From: Leucoraja erinacea
Taxonomy: Eukaryota
Reading direction: 5' to 3'
DNA length: 64,000 bases
Assembly: GCF_028641065.1 (NCBI RefSeq)
Contig: NC_073396.1
Coordinates: 8,804,001 to 8,868,000, forward strand
How positions within the stretch are numbered: position 1 is the first letter of the stretch; the number at the start of each line of letters is the position of its first letter. Below the pieces are notes generated by a model, which was given only the letters and a program-made list of their open reading frames with translations, had not been told where the DNA came from and ran no database searches. A program made the position numbers and the translations under genes. Shown one piece after another: positions 1-13,800 of this stretch.

Positions 1-269
1 CCATCCCCCTCAGCTCTTAACCCCATCTCCTACACCCATTCCCTCCCCTCCTGCTCCTCCCATTTCTCCCCTGCCCTCACCTCCACACCCTGCCCCATCC
101 CTCAACCCCCTCCACACCCTGACCTTCCCTCCATACCTTCCCCTGCATCTCCTGTCCTTCCCCTCTCCCCAAACCTTGCCCTTCCCTCTATCTCACCCCT
201 CCCGGCTCCTCCTCACCCCCCTCCTCATTCCTCCACCACTCGCTCCTTCCCCTTCTCTCTCCCACCACC

Positions 270-472
270 CCCACAGTCCCGGCGCCAGGACACGGACACA
301 GGGCCTCACTCGCTCACTCACCCCCCCGTCAGCGCCCGCCGGCCGGGCCCGGTGCAACCTCCTGTCCGCTCCGCCCGGCGGAACCGATGTCCGGGGTGCG
401 GGGTTCCAGGGGAAGAGCGCAGGGCAGCGCCGGGCCCGGGGAGGGGGAGGGGGCGTTGAGGACGCGGGGCCG
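270..472. promoter_or_regulatory. CpG-island promoter of POLR3K, probably bidirectional
   Basis: GC/CpG-rich segment directly upstream of the ATG; minus-strand GTGAGT donor at 321-316. Confidence 0.6.
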
Positions 473-583
473 ATGCTGCTCTTCTGTCCCACCTGTGGCA
501 ACGTCCTCATCGTGGAGGAAGGGCAGAAGTGTTACCGGTTCGCCTGCAACACCTGCCCCTATGTCCACAACATCACCCGGAAA
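473..583 (+). CDS. POLR3K: POLR3K coding exon 1
   Basis: ATG at 473; MLLFCPTCGN...HNITRK; donor GTGAGG at 584. Confidence 0.96.
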
Positions 584-3131
584 GTGAGGGGGGAGTGTGG
601 ATGGAGGGGCAGTGGGAGGGAAGGGAGGAGGAGAGGAGGGGTGAAGTAATGGGAGGGAGAGTGTGGGAGGGGTGGACGGAAGGAAGGGGATGAAGGATAG
701 AGGTAGATGGTAGATGGGAGGGTGAATGGGTGGGGAGTAGAGTGATGGAGGGTGTGTGCTGAAGGGGTTGGAGGGTAGGACTTGGGGTGGAAGGAAGGGG
801 AGGATGATGGATAGAGAGGTGGTAGAGAGGAGAGAAGGATGGATGGGGTGGAGAAAGGGGAGGTGGAGGAGGGTGAATGGGGAGAGGAGGACGCATGAAG
901 GGAGTGATGAAAGAGTGAGGGGAGGAGCATGGAGGGAGTGAGGGAGAGGAGGATGGGGTTGTGGAGGAAGGGTTAAGAGGGAGGGAGGACAGAGAGGGGT
1001 AAAGGAACTCGGAATGGTAGAGGCAAGGGAAGAAATTAAGGAGACTAGCCATTGTCAGAATGATTAAAACTAGCCTGATGACTTGCCCATCCTTGGATTA
1101 AATGTAGAAGGGTTTATAAACATTTTGTTGGAAAATGCTGCATGAAACAGAATTGCTGAATTGCGTTTAAGACATGTTTCCTCTTCACTTCTTCAAATGT
1201 CCATGTGGAATAGCATATATTTCTCTTTTGCGTTTAAGATAACCAACAGAAAATATCCTAAGCTGAAAGAAGTTGATGATGTGTTAGGTGGTGCTGCAGC
1301 TTGGGAAAATGTGGACTCTACAGCAGGTATGGCATGTACTAACAAAATTATATCCAAAATTAAGCATTATGATGGTACTGTAGGTTGGACTGTTCTGAAA
1401 TGATATGGTTGTTGTGGATGTCTCGAGTTGTAGTAATTTACAATGATACTTATGCAAATCCAAACGTTTTAGAATGTGACTTTTTTTTTTTAATTTAGGA
1501 ATATAAACAAAGTATGTGATTGTTAAGATTGTTTATAAAATCTAACCACGTCTACTAATACTTAACCCACTGCTACGTGATAGTCTTGACGATGATGTGG
1601 GTCACTGTAGCTAAGTTGGGAACACAGTGGAGCGGCTCAATGTCAGATTTAGTAAAGCCTCTGACTCGCAGCTCGTCCTGAGTTTCTTCCTGACCACCGG
1701 TGCTGAATATGTCTGGTGTCCTTTCTCATGGATGAGCGAGAGAGAGTCAAGAGTGGTTTATTGTCATAGGTCCCGAAATTGAATAATGAAATAATGAAAC
1801 CCATAACAAAACAAGTACAGGTACATATATATAAAAAAAAGAACAAACAAACAAATAATAGTGCAAAGATGAAAATAATGTCCCAAGTCTGTCGTTCGAA
1901 TCTTATTTGGAGATTGTGTTGTTTAATGACCTGATGGTTGTAGGGAAGATGGTTATAGGACATGTGTAGGAAGGAACTGTGGATGCTGGTTTAAACCGAA
2001 GATAGACACAAAAAGCTGGAGTATCTCAGTGGGTCAGACAGCATTTCTGGAGAGAAGGGATTGGTGACATAAAGGAATATTCCTTTTCTCCAGAGATGCC
2101 ATCTGACCCGTTGAGTAACTCCAACTTTTTGTGTCTGTCTATGGTTATATGATATGTAGGTTAATTGGCCAATGTGAGTTGGCACTGGTGTGCAAGTGAG
2201 GGGCAGATATTGAGAGAGCCGTCAGGAATCTGGACAGAAAACATTGGATTTCTACAGGATCAGTGTAAATGGGTGCTTGATGGTGTGGTGGACTCAGTGA
2301 ACCAAATAATATGTTTCTGTACTGTATGACCCTATTCACCACATATGAATTCCCGTTCAAGCACTGAATGATCTTTGTTGTGTTTTATACAATGGTGGGT
2401 ATCTTGGGTCTGAAACTGCGGGCCTGTACGAAGTTGAGGACAAATAAAAATAACGAGGTTGAAGTTGTGGACAAGTTTCATGAATCAGGTGACCTTTGTC
2501 CTAAGGCCTCAAAGATAAGGTGGCTGCTGAGATTGTGGATTGATTAGTTGCTTTGATCGAAAGTGGGATAATATAGAACTAGTGTGAGCAGGTGATTGAT
2601 GTCAGTGGGCCAATTAGCTTTGCCATTACATTGATAGAATTCTGTTAACAAAATAGGTTTAGACAGGTAAAAGTAACAAAGCTGTACTAATTAGGACTTT
2701 CATTATAGAATCATGTAGATAGTCATAGTCATGCGGCATGGAAACAGGCCCTTTGGTCCAATTTGCCCTCGCCGACCCACATACCCCATCTACACTAGTC
2801 CCATCTGCGTGCATTTGGCCCATATCCCTCTAAACCAACCTATCCATGGACCTGTCCAAATGTTTTTTAAACATTTATTTTAAACTTAACGTTTAGTTGA
2901 CAAATGTTTTTGCTGCCGACTCTTAACAAAAGTAATTAATTTTGTACTACTCAAAAGTAGACTTGGTTTCTTTAAGATTAATTCTCTCTCTTCTTTTATG
3001 CAGAAACCTGTCCCAAATGTGAACATCCTCGGGCATATTTTATGCAAATACAAACCCGATCTGCTGATGAACCCATGACCACATTTTACAAGTGTTGTAA
3101 ACTAGTATGCGGACATCGGTGGAGAGATTAA
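473..3131 (+). CDS. POLR3K: RNA polymerase III subunit RPC10, spliced CDS join(473..583,1239..1326,3004..3131), 108 aa
   Basis: Spliced translation MLLFCPTCGNVLIVEEGQKCYRFACNTCPYVHNITRK|ITNRKYPKLKEVDDVLGGAAAWENVDSTA|ETCPKCEHPRAYFMQIQTRSADEPMTTFYKCCKLVCGHRWRD*. It has two zinc ribbons and the TFIIS-like QTRSADEPMT hairpin. Introns are GT-AG; 111+88+128=327 nt. Confidence 0.97.
1239..1326 (+). CDS. POLR3K: POLR3K coding exon 2
   Basis: Acceptor tttaag; ITNRKYPKLKEVDDVLGGAAAWENVDSTA; donor GTATGG, phase 1. Confidence 0.96.
3004..3131 (+). CDS. POLR3K: POLR3K coding exon 3
   Basis: Polypyrimidine tract + cag; TCPKCEHPRAYFMQIQTRSADEPMTTFYKCC...HRWRD; TAA at 3129-3131. Confidence 0.96.
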
Positions 3132-3336
3132 AACCCCAGCATAGGAAATTTAGGCCACAAATTGAAAGAACACGTTCTGAATTATTGATATGATGGAGAG
3201 AAAAACATTTTTTTTGCAATAGTTAAGCTACCAGCTAATGTTTATTCAAACTCATTTAAATTGCTGTTCAGTCCATTTTAATCCACGTATTTAGTGTTTT
3301 AGAATGTTTGTTGTTTTGTTTGACGCTTTAATGTAC

Positions 3337-3451
3337 AATAAATGTATTTTCCTTGACTAATTTAATTTTGATGGATAATTTGTGAATTACACTTGGCAGA
3401 CTTGACTTTTATGCTGCATACTTGGTACTAAACATTGGGGTTCTGAATAAA
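3337..3451 (+). terminator. Candidate POLR3K polyadenylation signals
   Basis: AATAAA at 3337-3342 and 3446-3451, downstream of the stop codon in AT-rich sequence. Confidence 0.55.
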
Positions 3452-4599
3452 ATTGAGCTCATTCAGAATTCATGCACAGTCATAATACTGTTGCAGAAGA
3501 GGAGCTCCCAACATCTGCTGCACAGCCGTGCTGGAGCGGACCTGGCTGGTAGATGCTGCGGGCAAGTTCAATCGCAGCATCCAAAGTGACCGCCGGGAAC
3601 AAGGACGGACCGGACAAGTGGCCAACGAGATCAAAGACCCATCGGCCACTGTGAATGAAGACCCAACGGCCACATGCGGGGGAAGCTCGGAGCCCCGAAG
3701 ACCGGAGAGCCGAAGAGGGAGCTGCTGGCGGCGACGTTTGAGAGGAGTGGGCTGGTAGGAGAGGTACCGGAGTTTTATCGCCAGTGTCTTCAGGGTCAGA
3801 GGGAGCGGGAGGGGGAGAAAGGTGGGAAAATGACCTCGGCGTCCACCCTGCCAAGGTTGTGTTTCCATCTCATTTTTCCAAACTAAAATCACACAAGCCC
3901 AATCTAATCAAACATATCATCCTAGGCTTCAAACTGGTGAAGAGTTCTCTAAACTGGTTGCATAAAATAATCTTCCTTAAATGAGGCCAGATCTCCAACA
4001 GTTCCCTGGTGTGGTCTTGCTAATGTCTTCTACTAGCATAGCAACACGTCCATCCTTTATTATGCACCATCCTCTGCAATAAAGGCAAACATACAAATTT
4101 GCCTTTCCAATTATTTCCTGCAATTGAATGCTGTTTTCCATGTACAATATGTTCTTGGCTCTTTTGCTTAATCTAATGAAATTTCAATTGTTCCCAGAGG
4201 CTGATCTCCCACAGCCACCATTTCTTCATGCCCAAGTTCATTCTCCAAAACTAAACTTGGCTCCACTGTTGTTCAGCTTGCTATGTACAAATTATGTCCC
4301 CATCATAATAAATCTTCACTTTCTTATGCTACCTTCCTAACCAAGGCTTTTGTCTTGCAGTTTATTCAGTTGCATACATAGTTGCTCCGTCACCCTGTGT
4401 TTTGGGTCTATGGTACTCCACTGACAAATCGATTTTCACATCTTTTCTGAACCTCAGTTCAACCTACATGGTCTCATTTGATGTTTTGCTCATTTGATAA
4501 TCTTCCTGTAGGACAATTTTAGACCCCACAACAATATAAAAATGATTGGGGGAAAAAGTGCACATTATTTTTTTTAATTGCATTGTTTTGAATAAGGAA

Positions 4600-7500
4600 T
4601 TAAATCAAAGTAATACTATTGGCATTTATTAGCTTCCAAGATGTATACACTTTGTACACGCGAATACATGGATATGAATAATTTGTACACAGCGTTACAG
4701 AAAACTTACTTAGGACATTGCAAAGTGTCTTCTAACAAAAAGGTGCATCATTTAAGAAGCATTATATATTAAAATATTTCAGAACATTACATTTGAAACC
4801 GACAGGCAAATACTATTCATTTCAAAAAAGACCATGAATGCAAGTAAATTATGCACATTGCACAGATATGCAAACTAAAGATTGGCATTTTACAGAAAAT
4901 ACAGACATTTTATCCATCATTTTCATAGTTTATCATAGTCATACAGCATGGAAACAGCCCATCGGCCCCAACTTATCCACACTGGCCAACATGTCCCATC
5001 TGCACTAGCCTCACCTGCCCGAGTTTGGTCCATATCCCTCCAAATCCGTCCTATCCATGTGTCTATCTTTCCTTAAACGTTGGGATAATCCCTGCCTCTA
5101 AGGATATACCTTAAATATGCAAGTAATCAAATCAATCAAGACTAATTGACAGTGGAATTTTCATACTTTTCTGACACAGAAGCCTTCAAAAAGCCGTGGA
5201 TGTAGACAAGGTATTTAAAACAAGTAACTAGTTTTAAATAGGCCCATTTAAAAAAAAATCCAATATTTTACAATTATTCAGTGAACCTAATTGTGAAATT
5301 GACTTAAATTGTCTAATCAGCAATTGAAAATATTGCATCAGATATTAATCTTTTATTTATGCGTCCAACATAGCTGGATCTGCTCCATTAAAATTTAGTA
5401 TACATATGTATGGTCTACATCATTCTATTGATGAACAGCATTAAAATCTACAAATCCACCAGATCGTAATTTTGAAAATGGAAATAATTTCCTAGTTTAA
5501 ATCAAAATTTTCATTTTACAGAAATTGTTTTCTGCACTCACAATATAACTTGAAATTCAAAGTATTATAAAATGTGATTTCCGTGCAAATTGTAGAAACA
5601 AGGAACTGCAGATTGCTTATTTTAAAGACACTGGAATAACTTCATCTTCCCAGTTCCACCCATTTCTCTCTTCCGCGGAGCATATCTTCCTAGCCCCATT
5701 CCTTTTCACCTTCCACAAGGACCTCTTCCTCACAACACCTTGATTTACTCCTCCCTTCCCAACCAAACCCCTTCCCAGGTATCTTCCCGTTTACCTAAAA
5801 TTGGAGAATTCAATGCTCATACAGTTGGGTTGCAAGCTACCCAAGTGCTGTTCCTCCAGTTAGTAAGAGGCCTCACCCTGGCAATGGAGGAGGCCTTTCT
5901 CCCCCACAACGCCCCTTTATATTCACCCCCTCCCCGACTCCCACCTGTTTCTCCCCTCCCATAGGTTCATAATTTGCAATTCATCAACGCCATCTGCTTT
6001 TATCTTTGGCCTGTGTTCCAACCAACTGCCTACCAAAAGCCACCTATTAGCTGCCACATTTTGTCCTGCCTCTCCCCTCTTCTCGCTTTCTTCCCCCCAC
6101 CATAATTAGTCTGAAGGTCCCAATGTGAAACATCTCCTATCCTCGTTCTTCAGAGATGCTGCCTGAGCTGCTGAGTTACTCCAGCCCTTTGTGTCCATAT
6201 GCATGCAAGTAACCTGCTGATATCCTTCCAATGATTCCCAATTAATGACAGTAAGAAACTACTTCTGAACTTAAATCTAGGCAAGTTTGATCCACCCATG
6301 ATTGTGTGCCGGTATCGGAAAAGCTCAGTTTAAAGCAAAATTGTTGAAATATTAATATTTCAAAGTACTGAAATGTTTCCCAATAAGCAATAATTTCCAC
6401 CTCATCAACCCAATTGTTGAGTTGGTTAAATGCATTAAGCTACAACATGATAGGCAGAAAAAGGTCAGCCACATGCACACCCCTTCTGCACTCTGAAAAA
6501 TAAGTGTATTTTCTATTAATTTTGTATTCCAGTAATATATTTTCAGAGGAGTATTTGTTATAATTCCCCAAGTTCATAATGCAAATTGTACAGTAGAAAC
6601 ACTAAAGCAAAGTGCAAGTTTATATGTGCAGCAGAATCTTAGCAAAGGCAATACTTGCAAGCTGCACAGTTATTTTACCACATTTATATTCTGAATATAT
6701 CCAATATTTCTGCACTGTACAATATTTCAAAACACTACTATAAAGAACATTTCAGGACACCCTGACAGTTATCATTAACAGACAATATTCCTCAAACTGG
6801 GGGGAAAAAAAAAACCTTGTTTGGATCCACAAAATCTAAGCTACATGTTTGGACTTAAAGCTTACAGGTGATGTTATTTTTAAAAAAATATCCTCTGTTA
6901 AAGTTCCATTAAAATGATTTAGACTGACACGAGTTCACTATAATCATGATAACACATTTGTCATGGCTCAGAACCTTTAATGTTTTGTTTTAAACTAAAT
7001 TAGAAAGGCAGCAATAAAATGTGCCAAGTTCATATTTTAGCAGATTAAAACCTTCATCTCTTCAAAATACTGTTTCTAACATCAACATTCATTTTAACCT
7101 TAGTTCCTTTCCGGCAACTAACAGCTGTTCAGAAATTCAGTCTCAGACCTGTATCGGGATGGATTTTTGAACCAAGAAAAAAACATACCAATTGCAAGTA
7201 TTGAATGACAAGAATGCATGTCATATTATAAAACACACCCATGCATGTGCTCCCATTAAGCAGTAACACGTGCCAGACGCCAAAACTATTTTCCCTGGGG
7301 TTTAAAGAATGCACTCGAATTCCTGTATTTTCTATAGAGCACATTAATAGATTTATATTAAACTACATATTAAATATAAACATCACAAACATATTGCTGC
7401 ACCAGGCAATATTTTGGGACGGAAGGCTGACTTTTGATACCCTAAACTAATTATTTATCCTTCATTTTCACACTACTCGGCACAATAATCCACATCAATA

Positions 7501-7774
7501 TGCAACTGACATGATTCCACACTGAATATAGTTTTCAAAAAGGTATTAGCCATAAGTTTGTTTCACTAGCAATTTCACTACTTTAAGTGGAATTAAATAT
7601 TATGTTTTGGATTTTCAGTTGGGAGATCTAAACTTCATTGTTAATACATTAATAGTTCAATTTATATATTCTGCAGATAAGGCATTCACAGTTTGTTAAA
7701 CAGCACGAGACAATGCTGCATCACTATGTGTGTAAATTGAAACAAAAAAGTTAACATCATTGTAAGGGTCGATG
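4600..7774 (-). other. CDIP1: Probable long (~3 kb) CDIP1 3' UTR
   Basis: AT-rich tract downstream of the stop codon, with minus-strand AATAAA at 4630-4625. The end point is inferred. Confidence 0.4.
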
Positions 7775-7886
7775 TTAACACACACGCTTGTATGTATATA
7801 TGTAGGCTTTACAGTTTGGACAAGTATGCATTACATCCTTCAGGTCATCTATCAAGCATGGGATTAAGCAGCAGCCCAAATCGCAC
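7775..7886 (-). CDS. CDIP1: CDIP1 last coding exon
   Basis: [36 protein letters not shown]; ttttgctccag acceptor. Confidence 0.95.
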
Positions 7887-10800
7887 CTGGAGCAAAAGAA
7901 AATAAGTTTTGTAGAAGTTTACCATGACCATATATCAGTTGCAACACATCAAATGGCAAAGAACTTTGCGGGTGAAATGGAAAATCAAATATTTATTTTT
8001 TGCTCCCGCAAGAATGGAATAACTAATGATTAAGTGGTAAAACGTGCTGTGGAGAGTTTCAATCAAAGTAATATTTATCAGCAATTAATCGTAGTGTCTC
8101 ACAGCGCAGGAAAGCATTGTTTCTGCGTTATTGCTTTCAAACGAGAAATTGTCCCAATACTGGAGTTATACAAGTTACAGGAAGAAACTTTGCAGCTCCA
8201 GGAGCAAATAGTAAAATTGATCCAGAGACTATTACTGACTGGGTGGAATGAGTGAACAAAGAGGAATTGGATTATATCAATTTCCTAACTGCAGGATTCC
8301 CTCATTCCTACATGGAAGAGTTATTTTAATATGGTAATAAAATAGATCAGACAGACAAGACAGCCATTCCTTTTCTCCCGAGAGGTTGACAGGAGGGCAT
8401 CTGAAAATAACAGTTTGCTTTTACAATCACAAACAAACAATCCTTCCATTGACTAATTACACTTCACGCTGGCTCAGTAACGCCACCAGCATAATGCCAC
8501 CAGTCTCATCCCGGTCACTCCCTCTTCTCCCCTCTCCCACCAGGCAAGAGTACAGAAGTGTGAAAACGCCCATCTCCAGATTCATGAACAATTTCTTCCT
8601 AGCTGTTATCGGGGAACGGAATCACCCCATCAAAAGCTAGAGAGCAGTCTTGAGCTACTATCTACCTCACTGGAGACAATTGGACTATCTTTAATTGGCC
8701 TTTACCTTGCACTAAATGTTATTCCCTTTATCATGTATCTGTACTCGATTGTAATTATGTACAGTCTTTTCACTGACTGGTTAGCAAGCACCAAAAGCTT
8801 TTTCTCTGTACTTCGGTACATGTGACAATAAACTAAACTTAAATGAGAACACTTATAAATAAGAATTGAATACAGTCAATGAGAGTTACTTACCCCATAA
8901 AACAGCAGAAGAGACAGAATAAAGTATTGAGCAAGCCTAGTTCATAAGTGATCTTGGTTGTGATGGCCTGCTGGCAATGAGGGCACACAGTCTGCACAGG
9001 TGCAGCTTGAAACATCTCCCCCTGCAGTACGGTCACTGTTGTTGCTGCACCAGGGGGAACTATAACAGTTGCTGTTTGTCCACTGAGAGGGGGATAGTGC
9101 CCAGGAGGGGGCGCATAGGGACCTGGGGGTACAAAGTGACCCGGAGGTGGGAAATGCCCTGCAGCTGGGTAGTAACCTGTTAAAAGGGAAAATAAGACAA
9201 AATGTATTAATAGACAATAGGTGCAGTAGGCCATTCGGCCCTTCGAGCCAGCACCTCCATTCAATGTGATCATGGCTGATCATCCCCAATCAGTACTCCG
9301 TTCCTGCCTTCTCCACATATCCCCTGACTCCGCTACCTTTAAGAGCCCTATCTAGCTCTCTTGAAAGTATCCAGAGAACCGGCCTCCACCCCCTCTGAGC
9401 CAGAGAATTCCACAGACTCACAACTCTCTGTGTGAAATGTGTTTCCTCGTCTCCGTTCTAAATGGCTTACCACTAATTCTTAAACTGTGGCCCTAGTTCT
9501 AGACTCCCCCAACATCGGGAACATGTTTCCTGCCTCTACTGTGTCCAAACCCTTAATAATCTTATATGTTTCAATAAGATCCCGTCTCATCCTTCTAAAC
9601 TCCAGCGTATACAAGCCCAGCCGCTGCATTCTCTCAGCATATGACAGTCCCACCATCCCGGGAATTAACCTTGTGAACCTACGTTGCGCTCCCTCAATAG
9701 CAAGAACGTCCATCCTCAAATTAGGGGACCAAAACTGCACACAATACTTCAGGTAATAGTATGAAGAAATCAATAGCTTTGTCTTTTAAACTTTTTAGTT
9801 CAGAGATACTGCATGGAAACAGGCCCTTCGGCCCACCAAGTCCAAGCTGACAATCGATCACCCATTCACACTAGTTCCACGTTATCCCATTTTCTCCTCC
9901 ATTCCCTACACGACAGGGGGCAATTTACAAAGGCTAATTAACCTACAAACACACACGTCTTTGAGCTGTGGGAAGAAACCAGAGCACCTGGAGGAAACAG
10001 GAAGAACGTGCAAACTCCACACAGACAGCATCCCCAGTCATGGTTGAACCAGGTGCTGTGAGGCATTTGTTCCATCAGCTGTGCCCCTGTGCCACCCAAA
10101 TAATGGTTGAGGCAATTAAAATTGTATGGAAAAAACACAAATAATCCTGCATTACATAAGATGCTGCATCCACAAGGTTTAGCCACTTATGGGGTACTTG
10201 CAGTGTTGGAAGAGTCATGGACATTGTAAACCCTGGAGTGTTATGTAATGTTCTGGTCACATTACATGCTATAGCAGGAGGATGGGGTAGTGCAGAGGTG
10301 TTGTAGTTGTCCCAGAGCTACAGCAACCCAGGTTCAATCCTGACCTCTAATGCTATGTGCTTGGGGTGGAAGATTGCAACCTTCACGTGGTCTGCCCTGT
10401 TTCGACTAATGCAATCAACTCGACGTGCACAAACGGAAGATCAAATAGAACAAGTTGTCCGACAACTTTAAGCTGTGCACGCCACACAAAAGAAGAAGAA
10501 GATGATATGTGCTAATGTGGCACATTCTTCAGGTGCTCCCATTTCCTTTCCCATCCCAAAGATGAGCTGGTTCATAGATTAAATAGGTCCCCCACAATGG
10601 ACTACTGGCAGAATGAGGGGAGTTTTAATGGATGAGAGAGTGAATAGGTTACAACGAAGTAAAAGAGGAGGAATTTAGAGAGGTGGCAGAGGCTTGGCCC
10701 GATGCCCCCTTCATATGTTGTAAGGAAATATAACGGTAGGGTGCATGGATTTACAAGGATTTTACTGGAATTGAATATCAGCTTGGAGAAAAGAGTTCTA

Positions 10801-13800
10801 AGCCGTGGTGATTTCTTTCCAAATTTTTTTAAGTTGCTTGGAAGAATGGTCACATTTCCTTCTGAGAGATTAAGAACCTGTAATTGCTGGCAGTTTTGGA
10901 CAGGGTTCAGACTGACAAACTAACTCCCCTTCTCCCCTCCCCCCCCCCTGCACAATCTTTGTGCATCCCCAATCCTGGACTTTCCACTCGTCACTTTAAT
11001 TTCATGTATCTTGTTGTGTTTTATGACTGTTTGCAGACCAATTTCCCTCCTGGGATAAATAAAGTTATATTGGATCGTATCGTTGTGAAGCCAAGCTATT
11101 TACATGCTATATTAAGGGGACCAAATGCGTTATGTTAAGAAGTTTGCAGATGATGCAAAACTTGGTGGGATTACGAGTAAAGGGCCTGTTCCACTTGGTG
11201 ATTTTTTTTCGGCGACTGACGGCATCATTGACTGATGTATCAGGTCACCGAAAAAGTTGCGGCGTGACAACGTATTGACGCACAGTGTTTCCTCAAGTGT
11301 CACAACTTTTTTTTTGTCGCCGCTGGATTTTGAAATGTTCAAAATCTTTTGACGACCCTGATATCCAGCAGTCACCGAAAAAAATCGCCATGTGGGACTG
11401 GCCCTTAAAGGGGCTCCGAGGTCGATAAACAGGTTAAGTGGAATGGGCAAGAACATGGCAGGTGAAAATAAAGTGAGATCACTAGGTGTGTATAGCAGAA
11501 AAGTGACTGAGTGATTGGGAACAAAGAGTCATCAGAATGGCTCCTGGGATGGTGTTTGCCATGGAATAGTTGGGCGGCACAGTGACGCAGTGATACGAGT
11601 TGCTGCCTTACAGTGCAGGTTCGATACTGACAACGGGTGTTGGCTGGACGTTCTCCCCGTGACCGTGTGGGCTTCCTCCCGCACTCCAAAGACGTACAGG
11701 TTGTAGGTTGATTGGCTTCGGTAAAATTGTAAATTGTCCCTAGTGTGTAGGATCGTGTTAGTGAATGGGGTGATCGTTGGTCAGCGCGGACTCGGTGGGC
11801 CGAAGGGCCTGTTTCTGCAATCTATTTCAAAGGCTAAAGTAAAGTATAAAGTGTTCAGAATAATGAGATGATCTAATTGAAACCTCCTGAATTCTCTTGG
11901 GATCAGCAGATTGGATGCAGAAAGAATGCTTTCCTTGGCTAGATTCTTGAACGCGAAGAGTCTCACAAATAATGGGAGAGGCAATATACGATTAAGATGA
12001 TGGGAGAAGAATGGCTTCAAGCAGAGAAACATGGAATTCACTGTCTTTTAAGAGCTATTAAAAGCAGATTCGTTGATTTCCCTACTATGTAGAAATGTTA
12101 AGTTCTTTGGGTATATAGGGCAAGAAAAGTAAACCATGGTAGATCAGCCATGATCTTGGATGGTTGTGTGGTGTTGAGGGAAGCTTTGATAGGCTAGGCT
12201 TGTTTCTGCTGGAGTTTATAAAAGTGTGGGGCGAGTCTGATGAAACATAGATCCTGACGGGTCTTTACAGACTAGATGCTGAAGGGATGTTTTTCTCTTG
12301 TGGGATTATCTAGACTGAGTCATTCTTTAAAAATAAAGGATCATGCATTTAAGACATACAAAGTAAAAAAAATACCCAGGAAAAGAGAGTTTCAGGGACT
12401 TTCAATGCACAGCGCAGTGGAATGCAAGTCTTCAAATATCTTGACGGGATTGGTAGATAGATTTTTGATAAGGGGGTGATAGATTACCAAGGGTCAACGA
12501 GAATGCAGAGCTGAATTTCCAATCATTGAGTCATAAAGTGTGGAATCAGGCCCTTCAACCCATCTTGCCAACACCAACCAACATGTCCCATCTGCACTAG
12601 CCCCATCTGCCTGCATTTGGCCCGTATTCCTCTAAACCTGTCGTATCCATGCACGGGTCTAATTGCTGCTTAAACTTTGTGATAGTCCCTGCCTCGACTA
12701 CATTCTCCGGCAGCTCGTTCCACACTTTACATGAAAAAGTTCTCTCAGATTCCTACAAAATCTTTCCCCCTTCACCTTAAACCCATGGCATCTGGTTCTC
12801 GATTCCCACCCTCTGGGCAAGAGACACTGCGCGTCCAGCTTATCTATACCGCTCATGATTTTTAACACCTCTACAAGATCACCCCTCATCCTCCTTGCAC
12901 TCCATGGAGTATAGTCCCAGCCTGTCTCAACCTCTGCCTATAACGCAGATCAGCTGTGATTTGGCTGAGCAAGCTGAAGGGCCAAGTGATCTGTGCCTAA
13001 ATCTTATTTTTGTGCTATGATGGAAGAGGCTGAAGGACCACACAGATTACACCTGCTCCCAATCTGCACGTTCTTAACAACAGATAACACATCAGCTCTG
13101 GTTCTGTTGCCGCACCAACCACAAAATTTGACCTATTTCCAGATTTATGTTTATTTGAAACTTAGTTCAGTGAAATAACATAAAAGGAAGATTACTTGGC
13201 AACATGGTAGATGACTGAATTATCATAAAGGTCAGATGTATACATCAAGAAGATGAAGATTCTCAATAGTAATTACACAATATTTTTTCACCCCGTTACT
13301 CTCAATGTTCATCATTAAGCCTGGAGATTTACTCAAAATAGTTTGTGATGAGGTGTTACAGTTTTGCAGACTGACTGAAAAAGATTAGTCATAAAATAAA
13401 TAAATTTGATACAAGATACTTCCAATCTCCAAATGTTTCTCAGACAACAAACTACTTCCTGAAAGATAACCCGAAAAGATCTATACCATTGATTATATTT
13501 GATAATAAACAATACGTGCAGGAGTAGGCCATTCGAGCCAGCACCGCCATTCAATGTGATCATGGCTGATCATCCACAATCAGTACCCCGTTCGTGCCTT
13601 CTCCCCATATCCCCTGACTCTGCTATTTTTAAGAGCCCTATCTAGCTCTCTCTTGAAAGTATCCAGAGAACTGGCCTCCACCGCCCTCTGAGGCAGAGAA
13701 TTCCACAGACTCACAACTCTCTGTGTGAAAAAGTGTTTCCTCATCTCCTAAATGGCTTATCTCTTATTCTTAAACTGTGGCCCCTGGTTCTGGACTCCCC

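Noticed and set aside
176-1052. Long Pro/Ser-rich ORFs around POLR3K exon 1
   Set aside because: They arise from low-complexity purine/pyrimidine tracts and the CpG island; only 473-583 is coding.
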